A stretch of 63,297 nucleotides of DNA, counting the filler, from Octopus bimaculoides (Eukaryota): assembly GCF_001194135.2 (NCBI RefSeq). It is 4 parts of 4 records of this genome, joined end to end, with 100 filler letters (N's around TTAATTAATTAA, not from the genome) between each part and the next. Parts side by side here need not be neighbours in the genome. Positions count along the whole stretch, not along the records: positions 1 to 27,387 come from NC_069008.1; positions 27,488 to 50,864 come from NC_068983.1; 2 more parts are not named here. The stretch is one strand, 5' to 3'. The notes under the pieces were generated by a model that worked only from the letters and a program-made list of their open reading frames with translations, did not search any database and had not been told where the DNA came from. Position numbers and translations under genes: made by a program. Numbering within the stretch: position 1 is the stretch's first letter; every line of letters begins with the position of its first letter. This document shows positions 22,456 to 35,690 of this stretch, in pieces.

Positions 22456-24088
22456 TATTTCGAAATTTTTACCGTTCTCCCCTACTCTCCCCTACTCTCC
22501 CTTCTTATCTTTCATTCCGTCATCTTTCCCTCCTTTTAACCATAATTTGTTTATCCATTTGTTTGTTTGTTTCCTTCTTTCTTTGTTACGCACATACATG
22601 CATATATACATACATGTATATACATATACATACATGTATATACATATACACAAAAGAAAGGTAAACAGCATCAAATCTGGTATATTTACGTCAATCACAT
22701 TAATAATTGACAAAATATCAAGCACGCGCACACACAGAGAGGAAAGAAACGCAAACACACATACACACACTTGCTAATCTGTATACACACACATACAGAC
22801 ACACACACACACATAAAAATACACACACACTTGTCGTTTTGCATACACACACAAACATACATGTACGTGCCATGAAGACACTCATTCACACACACATACA
22901 CACACGTCCTTGATTTTTCGTTATATATATATATATATATNNNNNNNNNNNNNNNNNNNNNNNNNNNNNNNNNNNNNNNNNNNNNNNNNNNNNNNNNNNN
23001 NNNNNNNNNNNNNNNNNNNNNNNNNNNNNNNNNNNNNNNNNNNNNNNNNNNNNNNNNNNNNNNNNNNNNNNNNNNNNNNNNNNNNNNNNNNNNNNNNNNN
23101 NNNNNNNNNNNNNNNNNNNNNNNNNNNNNNNNNNNNNNNNNNNNNNNNNNNNNNNNNNNNNNNNNNNNNNNNNNNNNNNNNNNNNNNNNNNNNNNNNNNN
23201 NNNNNNNNNNNNNNNNNNNNNNNNNNNNNNNNNNNNNNNNNNNNNNNNNNNNNNNNNNNNNNNNNNNNNNNNNNNNNNNNNNNNNNNNNNNNNNNNNNNN
23301 NNNNNNNNNNNNNNNNNNNNNNNNNNNNNNNNNNNNNNNNNNNNNNNNNNNNNNNNNNNNNNNNNNNNNNNNNNNNNNNNNNNNNNNNNNNNNNNNNNNN
23401 NNNNNNNNNNNNNNNNNNNNNNNNNNNNNNNNNNNNNNNNNNNNNNNNNNNNNNNNNNNNNNNNNNNNNNNNNNNNNNNNNNNNNNNNNNNNNNNNNNNN
23501 NNNNNNNNNNNNNNNNNNNNNNNNNNNNNNNNNNNNNNNNNNNNNNNNNATATATATATATATATTTCCCGTTCTCCCCATAATTTGTCCTTTTGCCTTT
23601 CGTCTTTTTTTTTTTTGTACTAGTCCTATACTGTCTTTCATGTTCGTTCATTTATACCCAACCAGCTTTTTATTGCTGCTGTCGCCAAATTGAACAATAT
23701 TATCGATAAGGTGTCGAAATTATGACGAATTTTGGTCGATAACTGACGAGGGGTGAAGGTGTCCATGTCCTTTTGTGCATTCTTTCCCCTTTTCCTTATG
23801 TTCTTTTGTCATCCTTCTGTGTCACATTTTACTATTATATATATATATATGTTTGTTATCAGTTGGTCGTCCATAAGACAGAGAAAAAAGCACATTCAGT
23901 ATGAGAAATAGCACATTTGTATCTTTATATGACTGAGCAGTTATTTTCCTGGCTACGGTATATAACAAGTTAGAATGTCAGCCATGTTACTATCGGTTTC
24001 GCGTCAACAATTACACTTGGCAATATCGACGGCTCTTCATTGCGAAGCGTCGACAACGTTCTGATCATTTATACGATATATATATATG

Positions 24089-24146
<58 letters not shown>

Positions 24147-24656
24147 ATATTGGGTTGGCAACTAAGTTTCTGCCGTTTTAAAAATTTTGGAATTTATTGG
24201 GTTTTTAAATTTCGGAATCTATTTTTTTTNNNNNNNNNNNNNNNNNNNNNNNNNNNNNNNNNNNNNNNNNNNNNNNNNNNNNNNNNNNNNNNNNNNNNNN
24301 NNNNNNNNNNNNNNNNNNNNNNNNNNNNNNNNNNNNNNNNNNNNNNNNNNNNNNNNNNNNNNNNNNNNNNNNNNNNNNNNNNNNNNNNNNNNNNNNNNNN
24401 NNNNNNNNNNNNNNNNNNNNNNNNNNNNNNNNNNNNNNNNNNNNNNNNNNNNNNNNNNNNNNNNNNNNNNNNNNNNNNNNNNNNNNNNNNNNNNNNNNNN
24501 NNNNNNNNNNNNNNNNNNNNNNNNNNNNNNNNNNNNNNNNNNNNNNNNNNNNNNNNNNNNNNNNNNNNNNNNNNNNNNNNNNNNNNNNNNNNNNNNNNNN
24601 NNNNNNNNNNNNNNNNNNNNNNNNNNNNNNNNNNNNNNNNNNNNNNNNNNNNNNNN

Positions 24657-24703
<47 letters not shown>

Positions 24704-24704
24704 A

Positions 24705-25185
24705 TATTGGGTTGGCAACTAAGTTTCTGCCGTTTTAAAAATTTTGGAATTTATTGGGTTTTTAAATTTCGGAATCTATTTTTTTTTCGAGAATTCTATT
24801 TTTGAATCATTTTGGAATCTATTTTGCTTTTTTTTTTTCTAGTTAATTTTAGCTAATTTTTGTCTATTTTCAGATCATTAAAATGGAACGTCAAGTTAGG
24901 AAAAACGAGCATTTTCGACACCTCCTTCTTTTTGCTTTTAATCAAGGTTCTAAGGCTGCAAAAGCTGCTTGCGACATTTGTGCTGTGTATGGAGAGGGTG
25001 CCATAGCTGAAAGAACCGCTTGTGATTGGTATGCCAAGTTCAAAAATGGAAATTTTGACCTCAAAGACACACCTCGTTCTGGCCGTCCAGTTGAGTTCAA
25101 TGAAGAGCGATTAAAGCAACTTTTGCACGAAAATTCTCGTCAAACGAGAAGGGAACTGGCAGAGAAAATGGAATGCCTCCACATT
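24705..25185 (+). mobile_element. mariner 5' fragment with transposase HTH region
   Basis: TA + TIR TATTGGGTTGGCAACTAAG; ORF 24883: MERQVRKNEHFRHLLLFAFNQG..WYAKFKNGNFDLKDTPRSGRP..RELAEKM, cut off by a LINE. Confidence 0.9.
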
Positions 25186-25680
25186 GTTTGACCTTTGCTT
25201 TGCATTTGTTCAAGTTGGCTCCAAGTCTCTCCCAGAGACCTCAAGAGACAACAAGGTAGAAGTTCGCATTGGTGCCATAGTTCGCCTAGGGTGCCATATA
25301 TTTGTTTTTGTACATAGTATCGTTCTAGAAAATGTTTAAGAAATCATAAGAAAATTATGTTTGTTTTAAAATTTGAGATTACATAGAAAGTATTTTGCGT
25401 AGGATATGGGTAGTTCTCATGAGCACTATCTTTTGAATTTCTGCCATTTTGGAGTTTCCTGGTATCTGAGCTAGGTAGCAATCAGTCCCTTTTGCTATCA
25501 TTCCTAGGGCACCTATGACAACAGGTATTGTTTTAGTCTTGAGGTTTTACACTTTGCTAATTTCTATTTCAAGATCTTTATATTTGCTCAGTTTTTGGTA
25601 GGTCTTGACAGATACGCTTATATCGATTGGGACAGTCATACCAACGAAGAGGCATGATTTTTGTCTGAAGTCTTTCAATA
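25185..25680 (-). mobile_element. R4/Dong-type non-LTR retrotransposon 3' end (restriction-like endonuclease)
   Basis: Minus strand reads ..MTVPIDISVSVKTYQKLSKYKDLEIEISKV*NLKTKTIPVVIGALGMIAKG..EIQKIVLMRTTHILRKILSM*, parallel to 49660-49950. Confidence 0.8.
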
Positions 25681-25855
25681 TGTTTATTATTTACATTATT
25701 TACATTTGACGGATATTTGTCCTCATCTTGTTCATTGTTAACACGTTTCGGCTGATATACCCTCCAGCCTTCTTCAGGCGTCTTGGGGAAATTTCGAACC
25801 TGGGTTCTCATTTCTAAGGTATTTCTCGATGTTATTATTATTATTATTATTATTT
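25680..25855 (-). mobile_element. Short Penelope-like repeat carrying a hammerhead-ribozyme-like core
   Basis: Second copy at 59250-59408; minus strand gacgc-CTGAAGA-a-ggctg(gagggtatat)cagcc-GAAA-cgt at 25738-25783. The Penelope link is inferred from motif type. Confidence 0.6.
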
Positions 25856-26778
25856 TTATCTTGTGAGTAAATACGCTTACCGCATTTTTGCTTGCTTTTG
25901 TTATTTTTTCATAGCATGATAAAAAACAAAAATGTATGTTTCTTAATAGATTCGTTTCAAACTATCGCTTTTCTTCCAAGTTCAATATTCTGAGGGAGTA
26001 GAACAATAAAAAAAACAAAAAACTCCTAAAATATTGGATGTTGCTTCTTGAAAAATACTCTTTTGCAAAACTGTAGGTAAATGCTTTTAAGGCCGATTAT
26101 CTTATTTTTTTCTGAGATAATTGTTCCGAGTATTCGGTCGTTTAAACCATTGGTAGTCCGATTTAAATTTATCCTTCTCACGTTCGATTTTCTTGTATTC
26201 GGTTTTATGATTCAAATCCAGATATTTACACCTTTCATGTCCCGCTAAAGTGTAATAGTAGGAGGAAGAGAGACAGAAGAAAGAGAAGCAGTGCTAGTGA
26301 GGATGGGTGGTAATGGAAGCCATAGTTGTTTTTGGTAAAGCTAGTGAAGATTGAGTAAGTAGAAGGAAGAGGGCGGGATGAGAAAGAAAGAGAAGAAACA
26401 ATGTATGGAAGACCGTCAAAGAGGAAGGCCATCCTTGAGTTTGGATGTCATTGTGTCTGTCTGTGTATACATATACAGACACAAATAAATACACACATAT
26501 TGATACATGCGCACACAACACATACACACATACACATACATACACACACACATTCTCTCTCCCTCGGAATCAGTAATAATGTACCGTGAGAAGATCATGG
26601 GAAGGGGACCAATATACTGTCCCTAACCAGAAAAATAAGAGATGAGGTCGAGCGAAGGGGCTCTTCCATGTAACAAAAAACAAGATAAGCTGCTGCTGCT
26701 GCTGCTACTACTACTACTACACGAATAAATAAATAAAATATATAAGATAGAATAAAACGTCCGAGGAAACCATCAAAG

Positions 26779-26813
26779 ATGGCGGCCGTCGATCGAGAGC
26801 GAATTGCTGTTCG
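26779..26813 (+). CDS. Candidate first coding exon MAAVDRERIAV(R)
   Basis: aagATGGCGGC (strong start context and YY1-type motif) in a CpG-rich patch, followed by donor CG|gtgaga. Confidence 0.5.
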
Positions 26814-27387
26814 GTGAGAAACGTTTAAAAGTAATTAAATAAATAAATTAATAAATAAATAAAATAAAAGCAGCACCACCACCACCACCATTAACACCAC
26901 TAAGCCAGCTCCCTTAAACTATAATTAACATCATACGACACACCTACCACCACCACTACCATTACCACCAATTAACAGCTAATAATAGAATTTTGTTGAA
27001 TATCGGGAATTGTTTTACAAAACTAGGTCATGTGATCAATGAGGATGAGTTGGGCGCGTGGATTCGTGAGTGTGTATACACATGTATGGAGGTATGTATA
27101 TATCTATACATATGTACATAGGTACGTATGTATGTATGTATGTATGTATGTATGTATGTATGTATACACACACACGTACCTATATATGTATATATATTTC
27201 AAAAGTGTAACAAAAACACAACAAACGAAAAATTTTAGAAAAACAACAGAAGACTCGTAGCTTATTCCTCATGAGTCAACGTGCAAAAGTTCACTACAAA
27301 TTCGCGCCTTTAACGTTGGCATTGTTCACTTTTGATGGTGCTAGTGGCGAAAAGCCATTGCTCTCTCTCTCTTTCTCTCTCTCTTTA

Positions 27388-27487
27388 NNNNNNNNNNNNN
27401 NNNNNNNNNNNNNNNNNNNNNNNNNNNNNNNTTAATTAATTAANNNNNNNNNNNNNNNNNNNNNNNNNNNNNNNNNNNNNNNNNNNN
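27388..27487. other. Artificial scaffold-join spacer (44 N + TTAATTAATTAA + 44 N)
   Basis: Identical 100-nt structure at 50865-50964 and 58190-58289. Confidence 0.9.
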
Positions 27488-27962
27488 ACAATTTCATCTC
27501 TGATACAATTCAAAATGAAATTTTAGAAGCATATGCTCATAACATTTTACATGAGATCAAAATAAAAGTAGAAAATTCCAGATTTATTGGCATTATATGT
27601 GATGGTACCACTAATTGCTCTGGCATGGAACAAGTATCAATCACTGTCCGGTACGTTTCTGAAGACCTGAATGTCAATGAGGATTTTCTAGGTTTTTATA
27701 ATCCCCCTGACTGCTCTTCGAAGACACTGACTAAGATTATTCTAGATGTTTTTTGTCACCTAAACATTTCACTTGGCTCAAAGTTATGCTGCGTCTCGTT
27801 TTTTTACCTGTGTGCTAAATTTGACTACTTACAACTAACACGGGCGCATGAGCAAATTTGTGACATGCACACTCCCAGAACTCGGATTCACACTTCTCCA
27901 GTAGTGCCAAATTTTGAAACTGAGTTTGCACACCCTAAGCAAATTTTGTTCCCGGGCCACTG
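27488..27962 (+). mobile_element. Internally deleted hAT element: transposase fragment (DUF4371/ZMYM1-like) plus right end
   Basis: SDTIQNEILEAYAHNILHEIKIKVENSRFIGIICDGTTNCSGMEQVSITVRYVSEDLNVNEDFLGFY..LTKIILDVF; terminus cccgggccactg (reverse complement CAGTGGCCC). Confidence 0.8.
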
Positions 27963-28345
27963 CAACAATGCCAACAAAAATGGTGACGATGATTATGATA
28001 ATGAGATTCTAAAATGACACTATTATTTATTTTTTAAATAAGAAAAAAACCCACTTTATACATGTATCTTTGCTTACACGATTATAGAAGATATTGAAGA
28101 TATTTGAAAATGGAGATTGAATATTTATCACACGACAGTAAAGAAAGAATAGTATCTATTTTTCAGTTCAGCAGTCTAATCTGTCTTACGTTATCAACCT
28201 GAAACATAATAGCTGTCACAAGGTGTGATTACATCAAGATATATATTTGAACACTAGTCTCAAAAGGAGGGTTCGCTGACAGTTATTTATCAGTCAACAA
28301 TAACGATACCATCAACACATTATTGGAATAATATTTCTTTTTGCA

Positions 28346-28558
28346 AAGGCGGTGAGTTGGCAGAAACATTAGCACGTCAGGTGAAATGCTTAGCAGTATT
28401 TCGTCTGTCTTTATGTTCTGAGTCCAAATTCTGCCAAGGCTGACTTTGTCTTTCATCTTTTCGGGGTCGATAAATTAAGTACCAGTTGCACACTGAGATC
28501 GATCTAATCGACTGCCTCCCCTCCCCCAAAATTGTGCCTAGAGTCGAAAAGAATATTT
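28346..28558 (+). mobile_element. tRNA-derived SINE family B
   Basis: ggcggtgagttggcagaaacattag..ttctgagtccaaattc..tttcatcttttcggggtcgataaattaagtaccag; homologues at 20771, 38025, 50091, 50290 and 55140. Confidence 0.85.
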
Positions 28559-29084
28559 CTTTTGGCACTACTAAAATGTTGGGTTTGGATATTAAACAGA
28601 ATAACATCATGGACCTAATTAAGCTTAGTTTTTAAGTAGGTCAAAGAGTGCCTGCAAAATTGATTAAATTCCCAAAGCTGTTTTGTGGCTATAAGCAAAT
28701 TGCTTAATTCTCGAATGGACCAATGCACATAACTGTAGATAAACAACCTGAGAATTAAAATTCACTGCTATTAAATCACAAAAGAACTGGGTAGTTAATG
28801 AAAGTTTTGTTAGCATTCAGGGTTGAATTCAAATATTTTCATGTGTATAAGTTGGAGAAGAACTGGATATGTTGCTGGATATGTACAACAAAAAGTTTAC
28901 ACAGAAAGAAACTTTTGAAATGGCCCCATTCAAAGCAAATGTATAATGGAACTAACTTGTATATGATACCTTAACCATACTTTAAACAAATATTTTCTTC
29001 ATTATGTACTGCCACTCTTTACATATTAATTAATTCAAAAATGAAAGACCACTGACTAATTCATCAACATCAAATGATCTAGGC

Positions 29085-29427
29085 CAGGGGTTCTCAACCA
29101 TTCTTTTTCATCTATGGATCCTTTTGATTGCTATTTCTTCTGGTGGACCCCACCCACTGCAATTCAATGTTTAAAACTAATTTTATAGAATGCTATTTAT
29201 TAATGTTTTCACACATTAACTCGTGTAAGTTGAACTATGTAAAATGTTAGAGACAGAAACTTAGCTGTTTCTTGCAATACATACCAATACATAGATCTAA
29301 AGCAAAATTCTTTCAGGGGCCCTTAAAATACTATTGTGGATCCCCAATTTCCTATTTTGTTGTATGGACCCCCAAAAATCCCATATAGACCCTCAGGGGC
29401 TATATGGACCCTGGTTGAGAACCACTG
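29085..29427. mobile_element. hAT (Charlie-like) MITE
   Basis: TIRs CAGGGGTTCTCAACCA / TGGTTGAGAACCACTG with perfect 8-bp TSD ATCTAGGC. Confidence 0.92.
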
Positions 29428-29794
29428 ATCTAGGCTAACAACGCACTTTGACATCTCAATAAACCTTAGATGTCCTTTTTAGTTAATACTGACATCAACA
29501 GTCTCATAGCAACTTCTACTTTCTCAATTTTTACAGTTACAAATATTTGACTTATTTTACCAATGATCCATTTAACAATACTAGACTATGATATAATCAA
29601 ATGCCTTCATATTGTAGTGATCAGAGTTTTCAGTTTGCTTGACAGCAAGAAATGATGTTTAATAATTAGTATCATTTTGAAATGTACACAGTGAACATAA
29701 TATTTATTACTAAGTGCTTCAAAAATACTTCAAACTGTTTAATAGCTCATGTAAAAGATTTCACTTTAAAACCTAGATCATAATTTTCTTCCAG

Positions 29795-29855
29795 GACAGA
29801 TAATAGAATTATTATTGAAGAGTTGAGAAGAAGATTAGAGTTTTATGATGTTTAA
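29795..29855 (+). CDS. Candidate second coding exon (R)TDNRIIIEELRRRLEFYDV*
   Basis: Acceptor ttttcttccag; phase 2, compatible with the 26813 donor; ATTAAA at 29923-29928. The link crosses an artificial join. Confidence 0.4.
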
Positions 29856-32800
29856 TGATTATTTAGCACCTTTGAATTCAAAACCACTGAGATTAATTTT
29901 TAACTCTTTTACTTACTTTACAATTAAATGACATAAATTATCAGCAATCAGATAAGAACTAGAATATAACCACACATAGAACATATTTGTCTGTAGATAG
30001 AACTCTCTGCATATAATCACACTTTACAAATGAAGAATGTCCAAGCCAAAGATTTATACAGTATATTTTAAGAGTACATTTAATATTTTTTCATTATAAT
30101 GAATATCATTTGCATAATATTTTCAAACTATAAATGGAAAATGGAAATAAATTCTAGAAACAGACCTAGTGAATAGAATTCATTAGAGATACTTTCAATT
30201 GCTTTCTAATTTGTTTTCTAGATAATAGCAAATGCATTGGAATTAAGGTATTTATAAATTTGGATACTGAATATAATGTATGATGACATTATTGGAAAAC
30301 TGCCTGAGACACGGTTCTCAAATGTTTGATATGCTAAGAGGAACTATTGATTAAGCCAGATATTGGTTGAATTGGAGTAAACCTTGTTTAGAGCAGTGTC
30401 GAAAACTATTGCTTAGATTAAACTAATGTTCTGGTTTAGAGAAATTCATTATGTTGTGATATCAATTAATTCCACTTAATGGTAGTGAGTGTAAGGAACA
30501 AGAAATTGACTTGATTTGATTGTTGCTCTTAATTTGACAAAGATACTTTGCTTAGTTACAAATACTGAATGTCTTCCAAATTAGAATTAAAACAATATTC
30601 ATTGAAGTTCTTATTTGGTGGCTTTTGCCTACAAAGTGTGTGCACAGAATATTTTTGATGAGGACATTGACCTTTTTCAGTTTAAACATTTTCAAATATG
30701 AATGAGATACAAATAATCGATGGAAAGGCTTGTTCTATTCTAAATACTCTTACTTGTATGAATTGTATTAAAAGTATCATACAAAATATATAATGCATGC
30801 ATACAAGCAAAATTTAATATGCCCACAAACCACAATAATAAATTACAAAAGTGTCACAATTAATGATATACACATATATGCATGTAGTGTGTGTATGCAT
30901 GAATATATGTATGTGTACATGCATACATACTTACATATTATATGAAAGAAAGTATCATTGATATTTTATTTGTTGGTTACATTTTTATGGATTTATACGG
31001 ATTGTTGGTTTACCAAACTTGAGCACACTACTTTCTTTATGGCCCACAATTAACCTCAGTTAATGATACAAAGCACCAATATCATATTCCTAATAACTTT
31101 TTAGTTACTAAGAATATGTATATTTTCCGCAACAAAAAATATACAATATTTTTTTAATGTATTTTGATGTATATTTTAATTGAATATATGATAAAAATCA
31201 CTATATAATTGTATTTGACAATTTATAATCTTATGGGGTGATTTTTGCCGCAAAGGGAAAACAATAAATATATAAAAAATGTAATAATGAAAACTAGACA
31301 AAAAATAACAAGACTAGAGAGTTGGTTCTGTGTTTCTTTCTACTAATTAATCAGGGAAAAAATTTGAAAAAGATATTATTTGAAGTGTAAAATGTAGATG
31401 ACTTTTGTATTAACAAATGATATTAAAAAAAAATTGAATTCAAAAGAATGTGGAAGAAAATTTTAATATTATGTAGTAATTTGGCAGGTTATAAGTTATC
31501 CCCATGTTTATTCCCTATTGAGTGGAAGTTCAATTTTGTGAAACCTAGTTGTGAAAGTAAGCCCATAATTAATATTTGAGAAAATTGCTACAGAAACATA
31601 AACAATTGTTAGTTCACAAAGTATTTTGGGAAGAAATCACAAAATTAAAAATATTTGGAACATGTTTGACAGTTTTCTTTTACGACTTGAGCTGGAGGAA
31701 ACTGAAAGAAGTTGATATGTTATCTGATCAGAAACATGTTTAGTTAACAATTTTTGCCTTAGGGGCTCATAAAAGTAGTGCCTAACTCAAGATCTTGCAG
31801 CACTAACCAAAATAAACCATTTAAAGAGACACTGAAAGTATCTTAAATATTTGTGTTGGTAACTTTTACAAAAGAAAGCTCACAAATCTGACTATGAGAT
31901 TTATGAAGATTGGTATTCTTTGTTACAGCTAGAATTTCTATTGGTTATTTTATGGAGTAACCATGTATGAGAGTACATAAACTACTTCATATAGTATATA
32001 AGAAAGAAAATTCAGATTACCTACAAAGATATACTTTTGAAGATAAAAATACATATTGATTTTTCCCATTGGCACATGACTACAAATTTCAGATGATTGA
32101 CTTGGCCTCAGTACAAAGCTGGATCTTTTTCTTCTACTCTGACTGGATGAAGGTAATGCCAATTGCAATGGAATTTGAACTTAAATTGTAGACAAAGCTA
32201 AATACTACAGTTTCAGTCCATCATTCAACGTTTTTTGTCCTTCTGCTGCCTTTCTTTGTGTATAAAGTAAAATCAAGATTAGAAGTTGATTAAATTTACC
32301 TCAGTACTTGACTAGCATTGACTTATTGATATTGTAAGGGTGAAAAGTGAAGTCAAGGCAACATGAAGTAGAACTAAATGCTGCAATACATCGAATTACT
32401 TTTTCTACCAAATCTGTTTTCTACTGATTTCTAATTTTAGACTTACAGAGTAGATACTAGATATTATATACATTTGAATTAAGAACCCTTTTTGGTAAGT
32501 TAGAAAAGAAAAGCAAGTTTAGTATACACATATTTATTTGATATTATCTATTTTTGCATTGCATCAGAGAAATGAAACTAGATGCAAAATGTAGGATTAA
32601 ATTTGTGTCTCATAACAAGTCGAAAACGATAAACTGACTATCATTAGTGCTATTAAAAAAGGGTTATAAAGATGTACTAATGGATTTCTTTATTTAGATA
32701 ACTGTGACTGCTTAATTTATAAAATGAAAAACTTATTCACAAAATGATAAAGAACTAAAATGTTTATCTTTCATATTTCAGTAAAATATGATGTGAATTT

Positions 32801-32925
32801 TACAGACATAACCCCAAATCATATACTCTTTGTTTATAAATTCTTAAAACACATCACTTGAATATTGAAATTGCTTTTAAAAATATTAATATACAATTAA
32901 ATAGATGAAAAATCATTTTATTTCA

Positions 32926-32993
<68 letters not shown>

Positions 32994-34577
32994 CACGCAC
33001 ACACACTTATTTTTAATGTTGTGAGAAATGATACTGACACAAATGAAGATGCATTATCAGGAAACTTTATAAGATAAAGATCGAAATAAAATCAGGCAAT
33101 GCCCAACATATAACTATTTATTTGAAACATTTAAAAGCTAATTTTGAAAATTATTCATTAGTGATCCTCACACCATTTTACACGTTATTAAATTAAACAT
33201 TTCTGAAACTTAAACATTTTCTGTTTCACTTTTTTACACAGATGTACACATCTAAAGAAACAATTTACTTTAGATATTTTCTAAGTCATTTCATTCTGGT
33301 CAAAATGCATCAAACCTAGTTTTGTCCAGTAGATTTAAACTCAATCTCAACAGCAATCAAATATTGTAATTTATGTTTTTATCTATTGCATATAGCTTTA
33401 GACATAGACAAATTTATTCTTAAAATAATAAACTATCTTATTCTCTTTTACTTTAATACATTAACTATTTCTGTCTTGATATTACAATCTATTTACTAAA
33501 GTTAATATATCTACCAAGGAAGTTTATTTTGGAATTATCTCTGACGATCTGTTTCAATAGTGCATATATATTAAAAATTAATTTGTCTTTTTTTTTTAAA
33601 TGGTTTCTATATCATGTTTTGTTTGATAAACTAGAGTCATATAAATGATATTCACTTTCACATATGTTTGAAAGTTAAAAAGCTGAGCAGCTATTCATTG
33701 GGAAGTCTACAGTTATGTTTTGTTTTTTCAGAAAAGCGAGGGAAACCAATGACATTGAAATGCCATTACTTATTTAAATATGTCTGTCATTGTTGAATTT
33801 TATTTCATCATTAAATATCAAATTTGATGATTAATTCACAAAGAAGGCATACAAATAGACTTATTTTGAAGTTAGATTTTGTAATAATTAGTAGAACAGC
33901 AATGATAATAACAACAAAAGGAACAACAACAGTTCTATAAACAATTTGCCAATGTACAGAATGATTAAATTCTTTGATTTGTAAAGAATGTAATATTAAA
34001 AATATTAAATATTAAAAAGATATTGGTCATAAGTTTGTTAAAATATTAAAACAAACTTATGACCAGTCCTAGACTTTTAAAATCAATAATCAATATCCAA
34101 AGAAGCTAGTCTCATATGTGTAATAAAGAATTTATCACAAGTTCGTTTCTGAATTCAGTAAACTGGCTCACATAAGTAAAAGCTAGGGTGTATAGGGTAG
34201 CTAAAGAATGTTTAAAAACATTTTACAATTTGAGTATGTCATCTATACTGTAACAATGATTATGATAAGGTCATTAATGATAATACATGTTACTATAACA
34301 TTAGATATTTGTAAATGTCATAATCAAAATAGAAATAGCTAATAAATTCAGAAAGACCTTATAAGAAATTAATCTATTATCTGCAATTTTTACCCATTTT
34401 ATAGAAATACACATTGACAAGAATGCATAATTAAGGCATCATGTTCAGATATTGACTTACAAAAATAAATTGTTTCCCACATGGTTTCTAGAGGGATCAT
34501 GTGCAAGTTTAACGAAATGTTATGTAGAATAGAAATCATGGTGTAGAGGTGAACTATTTCAAGAATGCTGTAATGAT

Positions 34578-35187
34578 TACAGTGGCTTTCTAATCACATG
34601 GTTCTGGGTTCCATTCCACACTGCATGGCACATTGGGCAAGTGTCTTCTACTATTGTCTTGGGCTGACCAAAGCCTTGTGAGTGTATTTGGTAGATGGAA
34701 ACTGAAAGAAGTCTGTTGTATATGTGTATGTGTGTGTGTATGTATGTATGTGTGTATGTGTATGTAAGAGCCACCAGTGAGAATGAAGATGCTTAGTATC
34801 AAAATTCAAAATCACCGGTAACCTGGCTATGTCCACTAGGGAGCTTATCTCCTTTGTCAGTCTTTGTCTTTTTAAAGTATTTGCATAGTCTTCAAAGGAC
34901 ATTTTCCTTTTTCTGTCTCTCTTTTACTTTTGTGAAGTCTCGCTAAGTAGTATATATGTATGTGTGCGTGTGAGTCTTTGTATCTGTGTTTGTCTCATCC
35001 CTCACTTCACAACCAGTGTTGGTGTGTTTACATACCAATAACTTAGTAGTTTAGCAAAGGAGCCGATTGAAGAAGTACAAGACTTAGCAAAAAATTTAAG
35101 TACTGGAGTCGATTCATTCAACTAAAAATTCTTCCAGGTAGTGCCCCCTGTATGACCACAGTCTAATGACTGAAACAAGCAAAAGGG
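34578..35187 (+). mobile_element. SINE family A split by an ~180-bp insertion; CpG-decayed
   Basis: 5' half 34578-34720, 3' half ~34980-35187. Confidence 0.75.
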
Positions 35188-35279
35188 AAAAAATTATACA
35201 TATATTCTAACTACATGTACAATAGAAACATCGTTGATTAATCAGTAACATTGAAGTAGAAATTATATCATCATATCCA

Positions 35280-35690
35280 GTAATATACATCTGGAAGATC
35301 CTGGAAGAGATTGTGCCAAATTTTGGCATTGAAAGCTACACAAATGCCAGAACAGGTTGACACTGCACAGTGCCAAAGATCCCAGCAATACCATTGTGCT
35401 TCAAGACCAGTTACTGCAACAGCCTGGGTTTCAGGGGCCCATAGCTTTTTAATATTTTCCCATAGAGCCTGAAGGACCTACACAAAGTGGATGTAGATGT
35501 TTTCAAATTAAAACTAGACCTCTTCCTGTTAAGAGACCCAGATGAACCTACCTCGTGGTAGGAAATGCAAATGAGGGCAGTGACATCAAACTCCCTCATT
35601 CACCAAATGTCACATATCAGAGAAGGCTCTCAATAATAACAGTGTAGCAAAATGGCAGTGCCCCAGCATGACCACTGCCACTTAACTCAA
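35280..35690 (+). mobile_element. CR1-group LINE 3' end
   Basis: YIWKILEEIVPNFGIESYTNARTG*HC..NSLGFRGP*LFNIFP*SLKDL..VFKLKLDLFL..PDEP..SNSLIHQ. Confidence 0.8.

Noticed and set aside
22223-22777. 184-aa hydrophobic, membrane-protein-like ORF
   Set aside because: A product of a degenerate (GTT/ATT)n tract and dinucleotide repeats.
23735-23790. CTGACGA hammerhead-like half core
   Set aside because: No stem II or GAAA partner found downstream.
24092-24790. Apparent direct repeat of (CA)n plus mariner left end on both sides of a gap
   Set aside because: The identical sequence flanking an N gap is most simply an unmerged contig overlap, not a real duplication.
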